Positions 53,814-62,401 of a stretch of 64,000 bases of DNA are shown here, piece after piece. The position numbers were made by a program, and so were the translations under genes. Position 1 is the stretch's first letter. Every line of letters starts with the position of its first letter. The stretch covers positions 3,759 to 67,758 of the forward strand of contig PNAT01000179.1 of NCBI GenBank assembly GCA_003169675.1. The letters run 5' to 3'. Origin of the DNA: Acidimicrobiaceae bacterium (GTDB taxonomy: Bacteria; Actinomycetota; Acidimicrobiia; Acidimicrobiales; RAAP-2). The notes under the pieces are model-generated. The model was not told the origin of the DNA and did no database searches. It was given only the letters and a program-made list of their open reading frames with translations.

Positions 53814-54191
53814 TCATGCGCGCCCCTCAAGCCTGCGTCGAGCTGCCTGCGTCAGACCGTAGCGACCCTGGCCGAAGCTCCGCACCCAACCCCGAAGGCG
53901 ATGCGGGCACTCCGGACTGTTGGTGGCGAGCACGCGTACCTGGCGGTATGTCGTCCCGGGGTGGTCGCCGGTGCGCTTGATGATTTCGGCTCCGGACAGG
54001 CTGAGGTCGGGGAGGTTGTCGATCAATGCTCGCACGATGTGGTCGGTGACGACGTCGCGGGTCGGACCCTCGCCCACGCCATGATCCGGCTCCGTCTTTT
54101 GATTCTCGATGTGCTCGGTATCGGCTATGAGGAGGGTCACCTTGGTCAGGCCGGGACCGACTTCTTCGCTTCGGGTTTCCAGTACTTGCAT
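53814..54191 (-). CDS. Small putative winged-helix DNA-binding protein, first gene of the SIR2/PIN operon
   Basis: AAGGAG SD before the ATG. LSGAEIIKRTGDHPGTTYRQVRVLAT looks wHTH-like. Weak evidence. Confidence 0.45.
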   Translation of the reverse strand: MQVLETRSEEVGPGLTKVTLLIADTEHIENQKTEPDHGVGEGPTRDVVTDHIVRALIDNLPDLSLSGAEIIKRTGDHPGTTYRQVRVLATNSPECPHRLRGWVRSFGQGRYGLTQAARRRLEGRA

Positions 54192-54568
54192 TCTTCCCTC
54201 TCCTTCGGGTCAGATCTACCTAGAAGATTCTACCGGAAGTTTTAGTGAAGATCAAGCGATGGCACACCCGGCCCCGCCACGTCGGAAGATCCACCCGATC
54301 AGCCACGACCGCTCGAAGAAGTTCGGCGCCCTCTCGACGCCGGCAGGCCCCGCATCCGCAAAGTCAACCTGGACAGGGTGAGCGCTGAGTCCGTCTTGCC
54401 GTCTACAACTTGCCCCACACATCGCGCCGTCTGCTGTCGCCCAGTGTCTTCGCCTATCCACCACGTCCCTGGTCAGGCCGTAGCGTTCCGTCTGATCCGG
54501 CCCCATCTTGCTCTTCGGATCGGATTATCGGATCCCAGTTCCGACTGGCAGGATCGCTGCAGCAGCAT

Positions 54569-55747
54569 CTATCGCGCGAACACACGGCCAAGCACACTTG
54601 CCGCTGCCCGGTCGCGCTCGGGGAGGGCATGGGCGTAGCGGTTGAGCGTCATCGTGGCCTGAGCGTGTCCGTGGCGTTCCGCGACCGTGCGGATATCGAC
54701 GCCATCGGCAATAAGAGTGGTGACCGAGAAGTGGCGGAGGTCGTGCAGGTGGAACGGGTACCGTTCGGCGTCGGAGAGGGTTCGGCTGTCTTTTCCGGCA
54801 GACTTCTCGGCCTCCGTTTCGAGCTTGACGCAGAGCGACTTGAACCGGTGCGTCAGGGTGTCCGGTCCTACTGGTCGACCTCCATGGGCGTCGAACGAGA
54901 GAATGTACGGATTGGCTGCAAGCGGTGATCCCGCGCGTTCGGACAGTTCCTGCATGTAGTCCCACCTCCGCCGCAGCACGCTGACGCCGACATCGTCGAG
55001 CGAAACGTCCCTACCCTGGTGGGTCTTGGTCGGACCCTCGTGACCCTTCCCCTCGACGATCGTGAGCGATCGGGAGAACCGGATGCGGCCTTGGACCAAA
55101 TCTACGTCAGACCACCGGAGCGCGCAGAGCTCGCCCCGTCGGCATCCGGTAAGTGCTGCCAGTGCCAGAGCGGTCGCGAGGACGGGGTCGTCGGCCTCGG
55201 CGGAGCGCACGAGCTTGGCGACCTGCTCGGGCGTCGGGACCTTCATCTCCGGGGACCTGGGTTTCGGAGCGGTGGCCTGGTCCGTCGGGGCGCGGTCGAC
55301 CCACCCCCACTTGACCGCCTGACGGCACGCCGCGTGGAGAATCGAGTGGTAGACGGCGACGCTCGAAGAGGAAAGGCCCTCGGCGAGCCAGCGTTGGTAC
55401 GCGGCGTCGATGGCGTCGGCTCGGAGCTTGTCGAGACGGATGTCGCCGAGCACGGGACGAATCCGCCCTTCGATCTTCCGCTTGTACTCGTAGACCGTCT
55501 TCGGCCGGGCCTTGCCGATTGCCTCGACATGTGCAACCCACCGGTCGAGCAGTTCCCCAACTGTCGCTCGGTTCGGATCGACGACACGACTCTCGACCGC
55601 GGTCACCAGCTTCGCCAGCTCCTTGCGGGCGGCCGGCTCGGTGCCCCGGACCGTCCGGCTCTCTTGGATCGGCGTGTCGGTGTCGGGGTCCCGGCCCGCG
55701 TACACTCTCAGGCGCCATGTTCCTGACCCCTTCGGCCTCTCCGTCAT
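54569..55747 (-). CDS. int: Tyrosine integrase (phage-integrase family)
   Basis: GSGTWRLRVYAG N-terminal arm-binding type, LALAALTGCRRGELCALRWSDVD (Arg), HDLRHFSVT (HxxR) and HGHAQATMTLNRYAH (His...Tyr). An alternative start is at 55768. Its 5' end faces tRNA-Ile. Confidence 0.9.
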   Translation of the reverse strand: MTERPKGSGTWRLRVYAGRDPDTDTPIQESRTVRGTEPAARKELAKLVTAVESRVVDPNRATVGELLDRWVAHVEAIGKARPKTVYEYKRKIEGRIRPVLGDIRLDKLRADAIDAAYQRWLAEGLSSSSVAVYHSILHAACRQAVKWGWVDRAPTDQATAPKPRSPEMKVPTPEQVAKLVRSAEADDPVLATALALAALTGCRRGELCALRWSDVDLVQGRIRFSRSLTIVEGKGHEGPTKTHQGRDVSLDDVGVSVLRRRWDYMQELSERAGSPLAANPYILSFDAHGGRPVGPDTLTHRFKSLCVKLETEAEKSAGKDSRTLSDAERYPFHLHDLRHFSVTTLIADGVDIRTVAERHGHAQATMTLNRYAHALPERDRAAASVLGRVFAR

Positions 55748-55841
55748 CGTCCCTGCTCCACGTGCCATGTGGAGCAACGATAGCCGGAGTTGTAGTCCAG
55801 AAGTAGTCCAAAAGGGTCGGGGCAGACACATAACACCAGTA

Positions 55842-55915
55842 GGGGCTATAGCTCAGTCGGTTAGAGCGCAGCACTGATAATGCTGAGGTCGCAAGTTCGA
55901 TTCTTGCTAGCCCCA
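55842..55915 (+). tRNA. tRNA-Ile (anticodon GAT)
   Basis: GGGGCTATAGCTCAGTCGGTTAGAGCGCAGCACTGATAATGCTGAGGTCGCAAGTTCGATTCTTGCTAGCCCCA forms a canonical cloverleaf with anticodon loop CTGATAA. No encoded CCA. Confidence 0.9.
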
Positions 55916-55985
55916 CGCCGCGGATGTCGCCAAACATCTCGTGCGTCCGCCACGGCTCGCCGCCACGCACCCAAGGAGGTTCCAT

Positions 55986-56846
55986 ATGCTCCAGCGCCAG
56001 ATCGGTGAACGCAAAGTGAGTGCCATCGGGTTAGGGGAGATGCCCCTCTCCATTGAAGGGCGCCCCAGCCGGACGCAGTCCATCTCCACCATCCACGCCT
56101 CACTCGATGCAGGTGTCACCATCATCGACACCGCCGACGCCTACGCCCTCAGCGTGGAGGAGCACGGCCATGGGGAACGCATCGTGGCCAAGGCGCTTGC
56201 CACCTACGGTGGCCCCACCGATCACGTACTGGTCGCCACCAAGGGTGGGCACCGCCGGCCCGGCGACGGCAGCTGGACCGTGCACGGGGACCCCGCGTAC
56301 ATCAAGGCGGCCTGCGAGGCGTCACTCACGGCGCTCGGCGTCGAGGCCATCGGCCTGTACCAGTACCACCGGCCGGATCCCGAGGTCCCTTGGGCGGAGT
56401 CGGTCGGCGCCCTGGCCGAGTTGCTCGATGCCGGCAAGATCGAGATGGCCGGCGTCTCCAACGCCACGGTGGATCAGATCGACGAGGCCCAGCGCGTCCT
56501 TGGCGGGCGCCTGGTCAGCGTGCAGAACGAGTTCTCCCCCCGTTTCCGCTCGTCGGCCGGTGAGCTGGCCCACTGCGAGAAGATCGGGGTGGCCTTCATT
56601 CCATGGAGCCCCCTGGGCGGCATCAGGCGGTCGGGGAGCATCCAGACGGACTACCCCGCCTTCTCCGAGGTGGCCGAGGAGGTGGGGGCGACCGCCCAAC
56701 AGGTCACCCTGGCCTGGATGCTGGCCCAGGGATCCCGGGTCATCCCCATCCCCGGGAGCAGCCGGCCCGAGACAGCCGTCGCCTCAGCTGCGGCGGCCGA
56801 CATTACGCTCAATGCCGAGCAGGTGGCGCGCCTCGACGCCGCGTGA
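55986..56846 (+). CDS. Aldo/keto reductase
   Basis: AAGGAGG SD precedes the ATG. IDTADAYA...GERIVAKAL and the overall AKR pattern (LYQYHRPD, GVSN). Confidence 0.8.
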   Translation: MLQRQIGERKVSAIGLGEMPLSIEGRPSRTQSISTIHASLDAGVTIIDTADAYALSVEEHGHGERIVAKALATYGGPTDHVLVATKGGHRRPGDGSWTVHGDPAYIKAACEASLTALGVEAIGLYQYHRPDPEVPWAESVGALAELLDAGKIEMAGVSNATVDQIDEAQRVLGGRLVSVQNEFSPRFRSSAGELAHCEKIGVAFIPWSPLGGIRRSGSIQTDYPAFSEVAEEVGATAQQVTLAWMLAQGSRVIPIPGSSRPETAVASAAAADITLNAEQVARLDAA

Positions 56847-56940
56847 CCGCGGCACCTCCTGGAACAGAAACGGCTGCGGCGGCGTTGCACGCAATGCCGA
56901 CCCCGTGCCGGCCTGAGGAGAGAAAGAGAAGGAGTGCACC

Positions 56941-57906
56941 ATGCCTGCCGTGACCGTCCCCGACAATCTCGCCCTGCCCCGCATCGCCGGGACCACTCCC
57001 GACACCGTGATCCGACCGGTGCGGAGCATCACCGACGCCCCCTCAGGCTTCGAAGGTGAGGGTTTCCCCGTCCGGCGGGCCTTTGCCGGCGTGGCGCTGG
57101 CCGATCTCGACCCCTTCATCCATATGGACCAGATGGGCGAGGTGGAGTACGCGCCCGGTGAACCCAAGGGGACGGCCTGGCACCCGCACCGGGGCTTCGA
57201 GACCGTCACCTACATGATCGACGGGACGTTCCAGCATCAGGACTCCATCGGTGGTGGCGGGCTGATCACCAACGGCTCGACCCAGTGGATGACCGCCGGC
57301 TCAGGCATCCTGCACATCGAACGGCCGCCCGAGCAGCTCATCGCCAGCGGCGGGCTCTTCCACGGGATCCAGCTGTGGGTGAACCTGCCGGCGGCGCAGA
57401 AGTTGGTCGATCCCCGGTACCAGGACCTCGATGCGGGGGACAGTGTGCTCGTCACCTCCCCCGACGGCGGCGCGCTGGTGCGGGTGATCGCCGGTGACGT
57501 GGGCGGGCACCGGGGCCCCGGGTCGACGCACACACCCATTTCGCTGGCCCACGCCACGGTGGAACCCGGCGCCGAACTGGTGCTGCCGTGGCCGGGCGAA
57601 TTCAACGCGCTGGTCTACGTGCTGGCCGGCCGGGGCACGGTGGGCGCGGCCGCCCAGCCTCTGCACACGGGGCAGCTGGTGGTGCACGGGAGCGGCGATG
57701 CGCTCACCCTGTGGGCCGCGGAAGAACAGGAGGCGCGCCACCCCGCGCTGGACGTGCTGGTCCTGGGTGGTCGCCCGATCCGGGAACCCGTGGCCGCCCA
57801 CGGGCCGTTCGTCATGAACACCCGGGCGGAATTGGTGCAGGCGTTCGAGCACTACGAGGCCGGCCGCCTGGGTAGGGTTCCGGCCGACCACATCGGTCAC
57901 TCGTAG
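56941..57906 (+). CDS. Pirin-family protein
   Basis: The GTAWHPHRGFETVTYMIDG cupin metal-site motif is typical of pirins. Confidence 0.85.
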   Translation: MPAVTVPDNLALPRIAGTTPDTVIRPVRSITDAPSGFEGEGFPVRRAFAGVALADLDPFIHMDQMGEVEYAPGEPKGTAWHPHRGFETVTYMIDGTFQHQDSIGGGGLITNGSTQWMTAGSGILHIERPPEQLIASGGLFHGIQLWVNLPAAQKLVDPRYQDLDAGDSVLVTSPDGGALVRVIAGDVGGHRGPGSTHTPISLAHATVEPGAELVLPWPGEFNALVYVLAGRGTVGAAAQPLHTGQLVVHGSGDALTLWAAEEQEARHPALDVLVLGGRPIREPVAAHGPFVMNTRAELVQAFEHYEAGRLGRVPADHIGHS

Positions 57907-57930
57907 GCATACGGCACGGGAAGCAGGAGC

Positions 57931-58878
57931 GTGGTGGCCAAGGCGACGTGGTGTGCCGATGACATCGGTGACCTGACCGGGAAGGTGGCGCTGGTCACCG
58001 GGGCGAACAGCGGCATCGGGTACGAAACGGCCAGTGCCCTGGCCGACCATGGCGCCCACGTGGTGCTGGCCTGCCGCAACCCTGAGAAGGCTCGGCGCGC
58101 CTTCGACGACTTGGAGAACGATCTCGAGCGCTCGTCCCTTGAGATCCTGGACCTCGACCTGTCCGACCTGTCCTCGGTGCGGCGGGCCGCGGCCCGGTTC
58201 GTGTCCGAGCATGCCCGCCTCGATCTCCTCGTCAACAACGCCGGCGTGATGGGTACCCCATACCGCCAGACCTCCGACGGGTTCGAGCTGCAGATGGCCA
58301 CCAACCATCTGGGACATTTCGCCCTCACCGGTCTCCTGCTGGATCGTCTGCTCACGTCCGAGCGCAGCCGCGTGGTCACCGTGAGCTCGCTCATGCACCG
58401 GGCCGGGCACCTCCGGCTCGACGATGTGGCGGGGAACACGCCGCACAACAGGTGGCGGACCTACGGCACGTCCAAGCTGGCCAACCTGCTCTTCGTGGCC
58501 GAGCTCAGCCGTCGCCTGGAAGCCTCCGGCGCGCCGACAATGGCCGTGACGGCCCACCCGGGCTGGACGCGGAGCAACCTGGCCGGGACCGGTGCTGGCA
58601 TGGGCGAGCAGAGGCTACGGGCCACCTTGGGACGCCTGGCCGGCCGGGCGTTCGGGCAGGCCACGGCCACCGGCGCCCTGCCGTCCCTGTACGCCGCCAC
58701 CGCGCCGGGGGTGAAGGCGGGCCAGTTCATCGGGCCGCGCCGGTACTTCGCTCTGTTCGGCCCACCGGGGCTGGTCGAGCCGAACAGGCGGGCCAGGAAC
58801 ACGGAGACGGCCGGCCGCCTGTGGGAGATCTCCGAGGAACTGACCGGGGTGCGCTACCCGGTCGGCGCAGCTGTCTGA
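57931..58878 (+). CDS. Short-chain dehydrogenase/reductase
   Basis: VTGANSGIGYETA (TGxxxGxG), NNAG, and a YGTSKLAN Tyr-x3-Lys box. Confidence 0.85.
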   Translation: MVAKATWCADDIGDLTGKVALVTGANSGIGYETASALADHGAHVVLACRNPEKARRAFDDLENDLERSSLEILDLDLSDLSSVRRAAARFVSEHARLDLLVNNAGVMGTPYRQTSDGFELQMATNHLGHFALTGLLLDRLLTSERSRVVTVSSLMHRAGHLRLDDVAGNTPHNRWRTYGTSKLANLLFVAELSRRLEASGAPTMAVTAHPGWTRSNLAGTGAGMGEQRLRATLGRLAGRAFGQATATGALPSLYAATAPGVKAGQFIGPRRYFALFGPPGLVEPNRRARNTETAGRLWEISEELTGVRYPVGAAV

Positions 58879-59495
58879 ACGCAGCGACAGCATCGGATGC
58901 CACCGGTGCTCCCTCCGCGGACCGGTGATCCACTCCGCTGGAGGAACGCCGCGTGAAGAGATGAGCGGTCGGGCCGCAGCAGCCGACCGAGCGGCATGAT
59001 GACGGTGGCCCGCGCCCCGGCCAGGCGGAGTGCGGCAGCGGCACTCTGGGCGCGGGCACCGCTGACATAGGTGTCATCGAGCAGGAGGATCCGTGCACCG
59101 GCGACTGACGGGCGGGCTCCCACCGGCACCTCGAAGGCGGTGGTGTTGGGCCGCATGTGCCCGATCGGCTCCCGCGTGCGGTGCAGGAGAAAGGGGGACC
59201 AGCGGGCAGCGGGCATGAGCGCCTCTTCGACGTGGTCGGGCAGACCCTCCACCCGGTCCAGCGGCGATCGACCCGGACGCGAGGTCGAGGGCACCGGGAG
59301 GACGAGGTCAACCGGTCCCTGACATGCCACGGCCACACACCCGGCGTGGTGACGCAGGAACGAGGTGCACATCGCGTCGACCAGGCTGGCGTAACGCTGC
59401 CGTTCCTCGGCGAGCGGCGACTCCTTGTAGCCCATGAGCACCGAGTACAGCGGTCCCGGCAGAGGGCAGAGGCAGGCCGGGATGACGGGGGACAA
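58854..59495 (-). CDS. ComF-like phosphoribosyltransferase-family protein
   Basis: ARILLLDDTYVSGARAQSAAAAL is a PRTase-type nucleotide-binding loop as in ComF family proteins. The start is uncertain. Confidence 0.55.
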   Translation of the reverse strand: MSPVIPACLCPLPGPLYSVLMGYKESPLAEERQRYASLVDAMCTSFLRHHAGCVAVACQGPVDLVLPVPSTSRPGRSPLDRVEGLPDHVEEALMPAARWSPFLLHRTREPIGHMRPNTTAFEVPVGARPSVAGARILLLDDTYVSGARAQSAAAALRLAGARATVIMPLGRLLRPDRSSLHAAFLQRSGSPVRGGSTGGIRCCRCVQTAAPTG

Positions 59496-59613
59496 TGGGA
59501 GGCCCAGACGGCGGGTGACCGTCCGGCAGGCGAAGCAGTGGGCGAACGTCCCGCCGGCGGGGCCGCAACAGATCAGGCAGACCCCGTCACCCGGACTCGG
59601 GACACGGTGGCGC

Positions 59614-60069
59614 TCAGGAAGCGGCGGAGGAGGGGTCGGGATCGGGGCGATACAGGAGAAAGGTCCCGGTGGCGCGACTCACGAGCGTCCCTTGCGCGTC
59701 GCGCATTGACGCCTCGCCAAAGGCCACCTGCTTGGCCATGCGAACGACCTCGCCTCGCAGCACGTAGGCGTCGCCTTTCATGGCCGGCCGCATGGTCTCC
59801 GTCTTCATCTCGAGGGTGCCCCGGGTGCGCTCCCGTCCGGACATGGCGGCATTGATGGCGAAGTTCATGCAGGCATCGAGGAGGAGGGAGTGGATGCCGG
59901 CCTGGGTGACGCCGTGGGGGTTGCAGGCCAGGTCTGTGGGCGTGAAGGTCCCGGCCACCCACCCGAGGTCCTCGCCGTCCACGCCGTACTCGGTGAAGGC
60001 GCCACCCATCACATCGATGATCGGCATGCCGCCGTCGCCCAGCCACCGATCCATGTCCTTCGCGCCCAT
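59614..60069 (-). CDS. Hotdog-fold (PaaI-type) thioesterase
   Basis: NPHGVTQAGIHSLLLDACMNFAI plus a size of ~150 aa. Confidence 0.6.
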   Translation of the reverse strand: MGAKDMDRWLGDGGMPIIDVMGGAFTEYGVDGEDLGWVAGTFTPTDLACNPHGVTQAGIHSLLLDACMNFAINAAMSGRERTRGTLEMKTETMRPAMKGDAYVLRGEVVRMAKQVAFGEASMRDAQGTLVSRATGTFLLYRPDPDPSSAAS

Positions 60070-60209
60070 CGGCCAGACCCTATCCGCCGATGCTGCGGTG
60101 CCCGGGAGGGCCCCGCTGGGCCCGGTGGTGGTAGACGCGACGACCGCTAGGATGTCGCCCGTTCTACAACCGGCAGGGAAAGCCCACCGGAACTGGGAGG
60201 AGACCCACC

Positions 60210-61391
60210 ATGACCACCGCCGTCATCGTCGACGCCGTCCGGACCGCCGGGGGGAAGCGCAACGGGAAGCTCCGCAACTGGCACGCGGTCGACCTGGCCT
60301 CCGAGGCCCTCAAGGCGCTGGTGGAGCGGAACAAGCTCGACCCGGCCGTGGTCGACGACGTGATCATGGGCTGTGTCATGCAGGTGGGCGAGCAGTCCCT
60401 CAACGTCGGCCGCAACGCGGTGCTGGCGGCCGGGTGGCCCGAATCCGTGCCCGCCACCACCATCGACCGCCAGTGCGGGTCGTCCCAGCAGGCCGTGCAC
60501 TTCGCCGCCCAGGGCGTCATGGCGGGGGCCTACGACATCGTGGTAGCGGCCGGCGTGGAGAGCATGACCCGCACCCCCATGGGCTCCTCGGTCGTCCGCG
60601 AGCTCGGGTTCCCCTTCGGTCCCCGCATGATGGCCCGCTACGCCGAACAGGGCGGGCTGGTCGGGCAGGGCATCGGCGCCGAGATGATCGCCGACCAGTG
60701 GGGCATCTCCCGCGAGGACCTCGACACCTTCTCGGCCCAGAGCCACCAGCGGGCCGCCCGGGCCACCGCCGAAGGCCGGTTCGAGAACGAGATCATCCCC
60801 GTCGCCATCCGCGACGACGAGGGCAAGGATACCGACGAGCTGATCACCAGCGACGAGGGCATACGGCCCGACAGCACGGTGGAGACCCTGGGCAACCTCA
60901 AGCCCGCCTTCAAGCCCGAAGGAGGGAAGGTCACGGCCGGGAACTCGTCCCAGATCACCGATGGCGCGTCGGCCGTGCTCATCATGAGCGAGGAGAAGGC
61001 CAATGCGCTGGGGTTGCGCCCACGGGCCCGCTTCCACGCCTTCGCGCTGGCCGGAGTGGACCCGGTCACCATGCTCACCGGTCCAATCCCGGCCACCACC
61101 AGTGTGCTGGAGCGGGCCAAGCTCACCATGGACGACATCGACGCGGTGGAGATCAACGAAGCCTTCGCCTCCGTCGTGCTGGCCTGGGAAAAAGAGCACC
61201 ATCCCAACATGGACACCGTGAACCCCAACGGTGGGGCCATCGCGCTGGGCCACCCGCTCGGTGCATCGGGCGGCAAGCTCATGGCCACCCTGCTCAATGA
61301 GCTGGAGCGTACCAACGGCCGTTACGGCCTCCTCACCATGTGCGAGGGCGGCGGGCTGGCCAACGCCACCATCATTGAGCGCCTGGGCTGA
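60210..61391 (+). CDS. Acetyl-CoA C-acyltransferase (thiolase)
   Basis: TIDRQCGSSQQA (active Cys), NEAFASVVL, NPNGGAIALGHPLGASG and LTMCEGGGLANA. Confidence 0.9.
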   Translation: MTTAVIVDAVRTAGGKRNGKLRNWHAVDLASEALKALVERNKLDPAVVDDVIMGCVMQVGEQSLNVGRNAVLAAGWPESVPATTIDRQCGSSQQAVHFAAQGVMAGAYDIVVAAGVESMTRTPMGSSVVRELGFPFGPRMMARYAEQGGLVGQGIGAEMIADQWGISREDLDTFSAQSHQRAARATAEGRFENEIIPVAIRDDEGKDTDELITSDEGIRPDSTVETLGNLKPAFKPEGGKVTAGNSSQITDGASAVLIMSEEKANALGLRPRARFHAFALAGVDPVTMLTGPIPATTSVLERAKLTMDDIDAVEINEAFASVVLAWEKEHHPNMDTVNPNGGAIALGHPLGASGGKLMATLLNELERTNGRYGLLTMCEGGGLANATIIERLG

Positions 61392-61399
61392 CCCGCGGG

Positions 61400-61720
61400 C
61401 TACCGGTACTTGGTGGCCATGAGGAACCCGGCAAAGATAAAGGTCAATCCGGCCACCAGGCCCCACGGCGACCCATGCGCCACGAAGGGCAGGTGGGACA
61501 GGTAGTTGACCACGATCAGCGCCACCCCACCGATCAGGAGGACCAGCACCATCACCCCGAACCAGGCCGGGCTCTTGCGCACACTCTTGGGGATGGGCGG
61601 GGTGTAGCGGCCCGACTCCTCGGCCGTCTTGTAGCGACCGACCTTGGGGCCCGTCCTCCCCGCCGCCGACTTCCCCTTGCGAGAGGCTCCGCCTGGACCT
61701 GACTTGGTGTTGGTCGCCAC
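61400..61720 (-). CDS. crgA: Cell division membrane protein CrgA
   Basis: Basic N-terminus, [36 protein letters not shown], a second TM helix and C-terminal ATKYR. Conserved synteny with pknB. Confidence 0.8.
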   Translation of the reverse strand: MATNTKSGPGGASRKGKSAAGRTGPKVGRYKTAEESGRYTPPIPKSVRKSPAWFGVMVLVLLIGGVALIVVNYLSHLPFVAHGSPWGLVAGLTFIFAGFLMATKYR

Positions 61721-61783
61721 GGCAGCCGAGGTTACTCAGCCCGAGCAGGTGCCTCCGTCCAGCGCGGGTACGCTCGTCCGTCC

Positions 61784-62380
61784 ATGGGCGCCCGGGTCCT
61801 CGTCATCGACAACTACGACTCGTTCGTCTACAACCTGGTCCAGGAGCTGGGCGAGCTGGGGGCCGACCCGGTCGTCTTCCGCAACGACACCATCGACGTG
61901 GACGCCATCCGGTCGGCGCGACCCGATGCCGTCCTGATCTCGCCGGGTCCGGGACGCCCTGAGGACGGCGGGGTCAGCCTGGAGGCCATCGGGGCGCTGG
62001 CCGGAGAGATCCCGCTGCTCGGCGTCTGCCTGGGCCACCAGTGCATCGGCCAGGTCTTCGGAGGCGTCGTCGTCTCGGCGCCCCACCTCATGCACGGCAA
62101 GACGTCGGAGATCCACCACGACGGCCAGGGCATCTTCTCCGGGTTACCCAACCCGTTCGTGGCCACCCGCTACCACTCCCTCATCGTGCGCGCCGACTCG
62201 GTGCCCGACGAATTGATGGTGACGGCCACCACGACCGACGGGGTGATCATGGGGCTGCGCCACCGGGAGCTCCCGGTCGAGGGCGTGCAGTTCCATCCCG
62301 AATCGGTGCTGACGGCGTCGGGTCCTGCGCTGCTGGAAAACTTCCTGAACCAATTGGCCGGTACGCCCGCCGACCGCTGA
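61784..62380 (+). CDS. Glutamine amidotransferase component II (anthranilate / aminodeoxychorismate synthase, TrpG/PabA-type)
   Basis: [25 protein letters not shown] (Cys nucleophile) and GVQFHPES. Confidence 0.9.
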   Translation: MGARVLVIDNYDSFVYNLVQELGELGADPVVFRNDTIDVDAIRSARPDAVLISPGPGRPEDGGVSLEAIGALAGEIPLLGVCLGHQCIGQVFGGVVVSAPHLMHGKTSEIHHDGQGIFSGLPNPFVATRYHSLIVRADSVPDELMVTATTTDGVIMGLRHRELPVEGVQFHPESVLTASGPALLENFLNQLAGTPADR

Positions 62381-62401
62381 CGCCGGGCCGAACTTTCTGC
62401 C

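Larger units (their letters stand above)
1..55747. mobile_element. Integrative conjugative element (partial; left end outside window) with T4SS, MOBF relaxase, Tad pilus, xis/int and defence cargo
   Basis: Conjugation genes at 68-13125. Integrase at 54569-55747 next to tRNA-Ile. Excisionase-like gene at 50642-50857. A shared 12-nt iteron sits upstream of the relaxase, tad and xis operons. Conserved core genes begin right of 55842. Confidence 0.6.

Noticed and set aside
57301-61466. Long minus- and plus-strand ORFs (57301-58557, 59780-61300, 60147-61466) overlapping the pirin, SDR and thiolase genes
   Set aside because: They are shadow ORFs opposite or out of frame with genes that carry unmistakable family motifs (pirin HPHRGFETVTY, SDR TGxxxGxG, thiolase active-site boxes).
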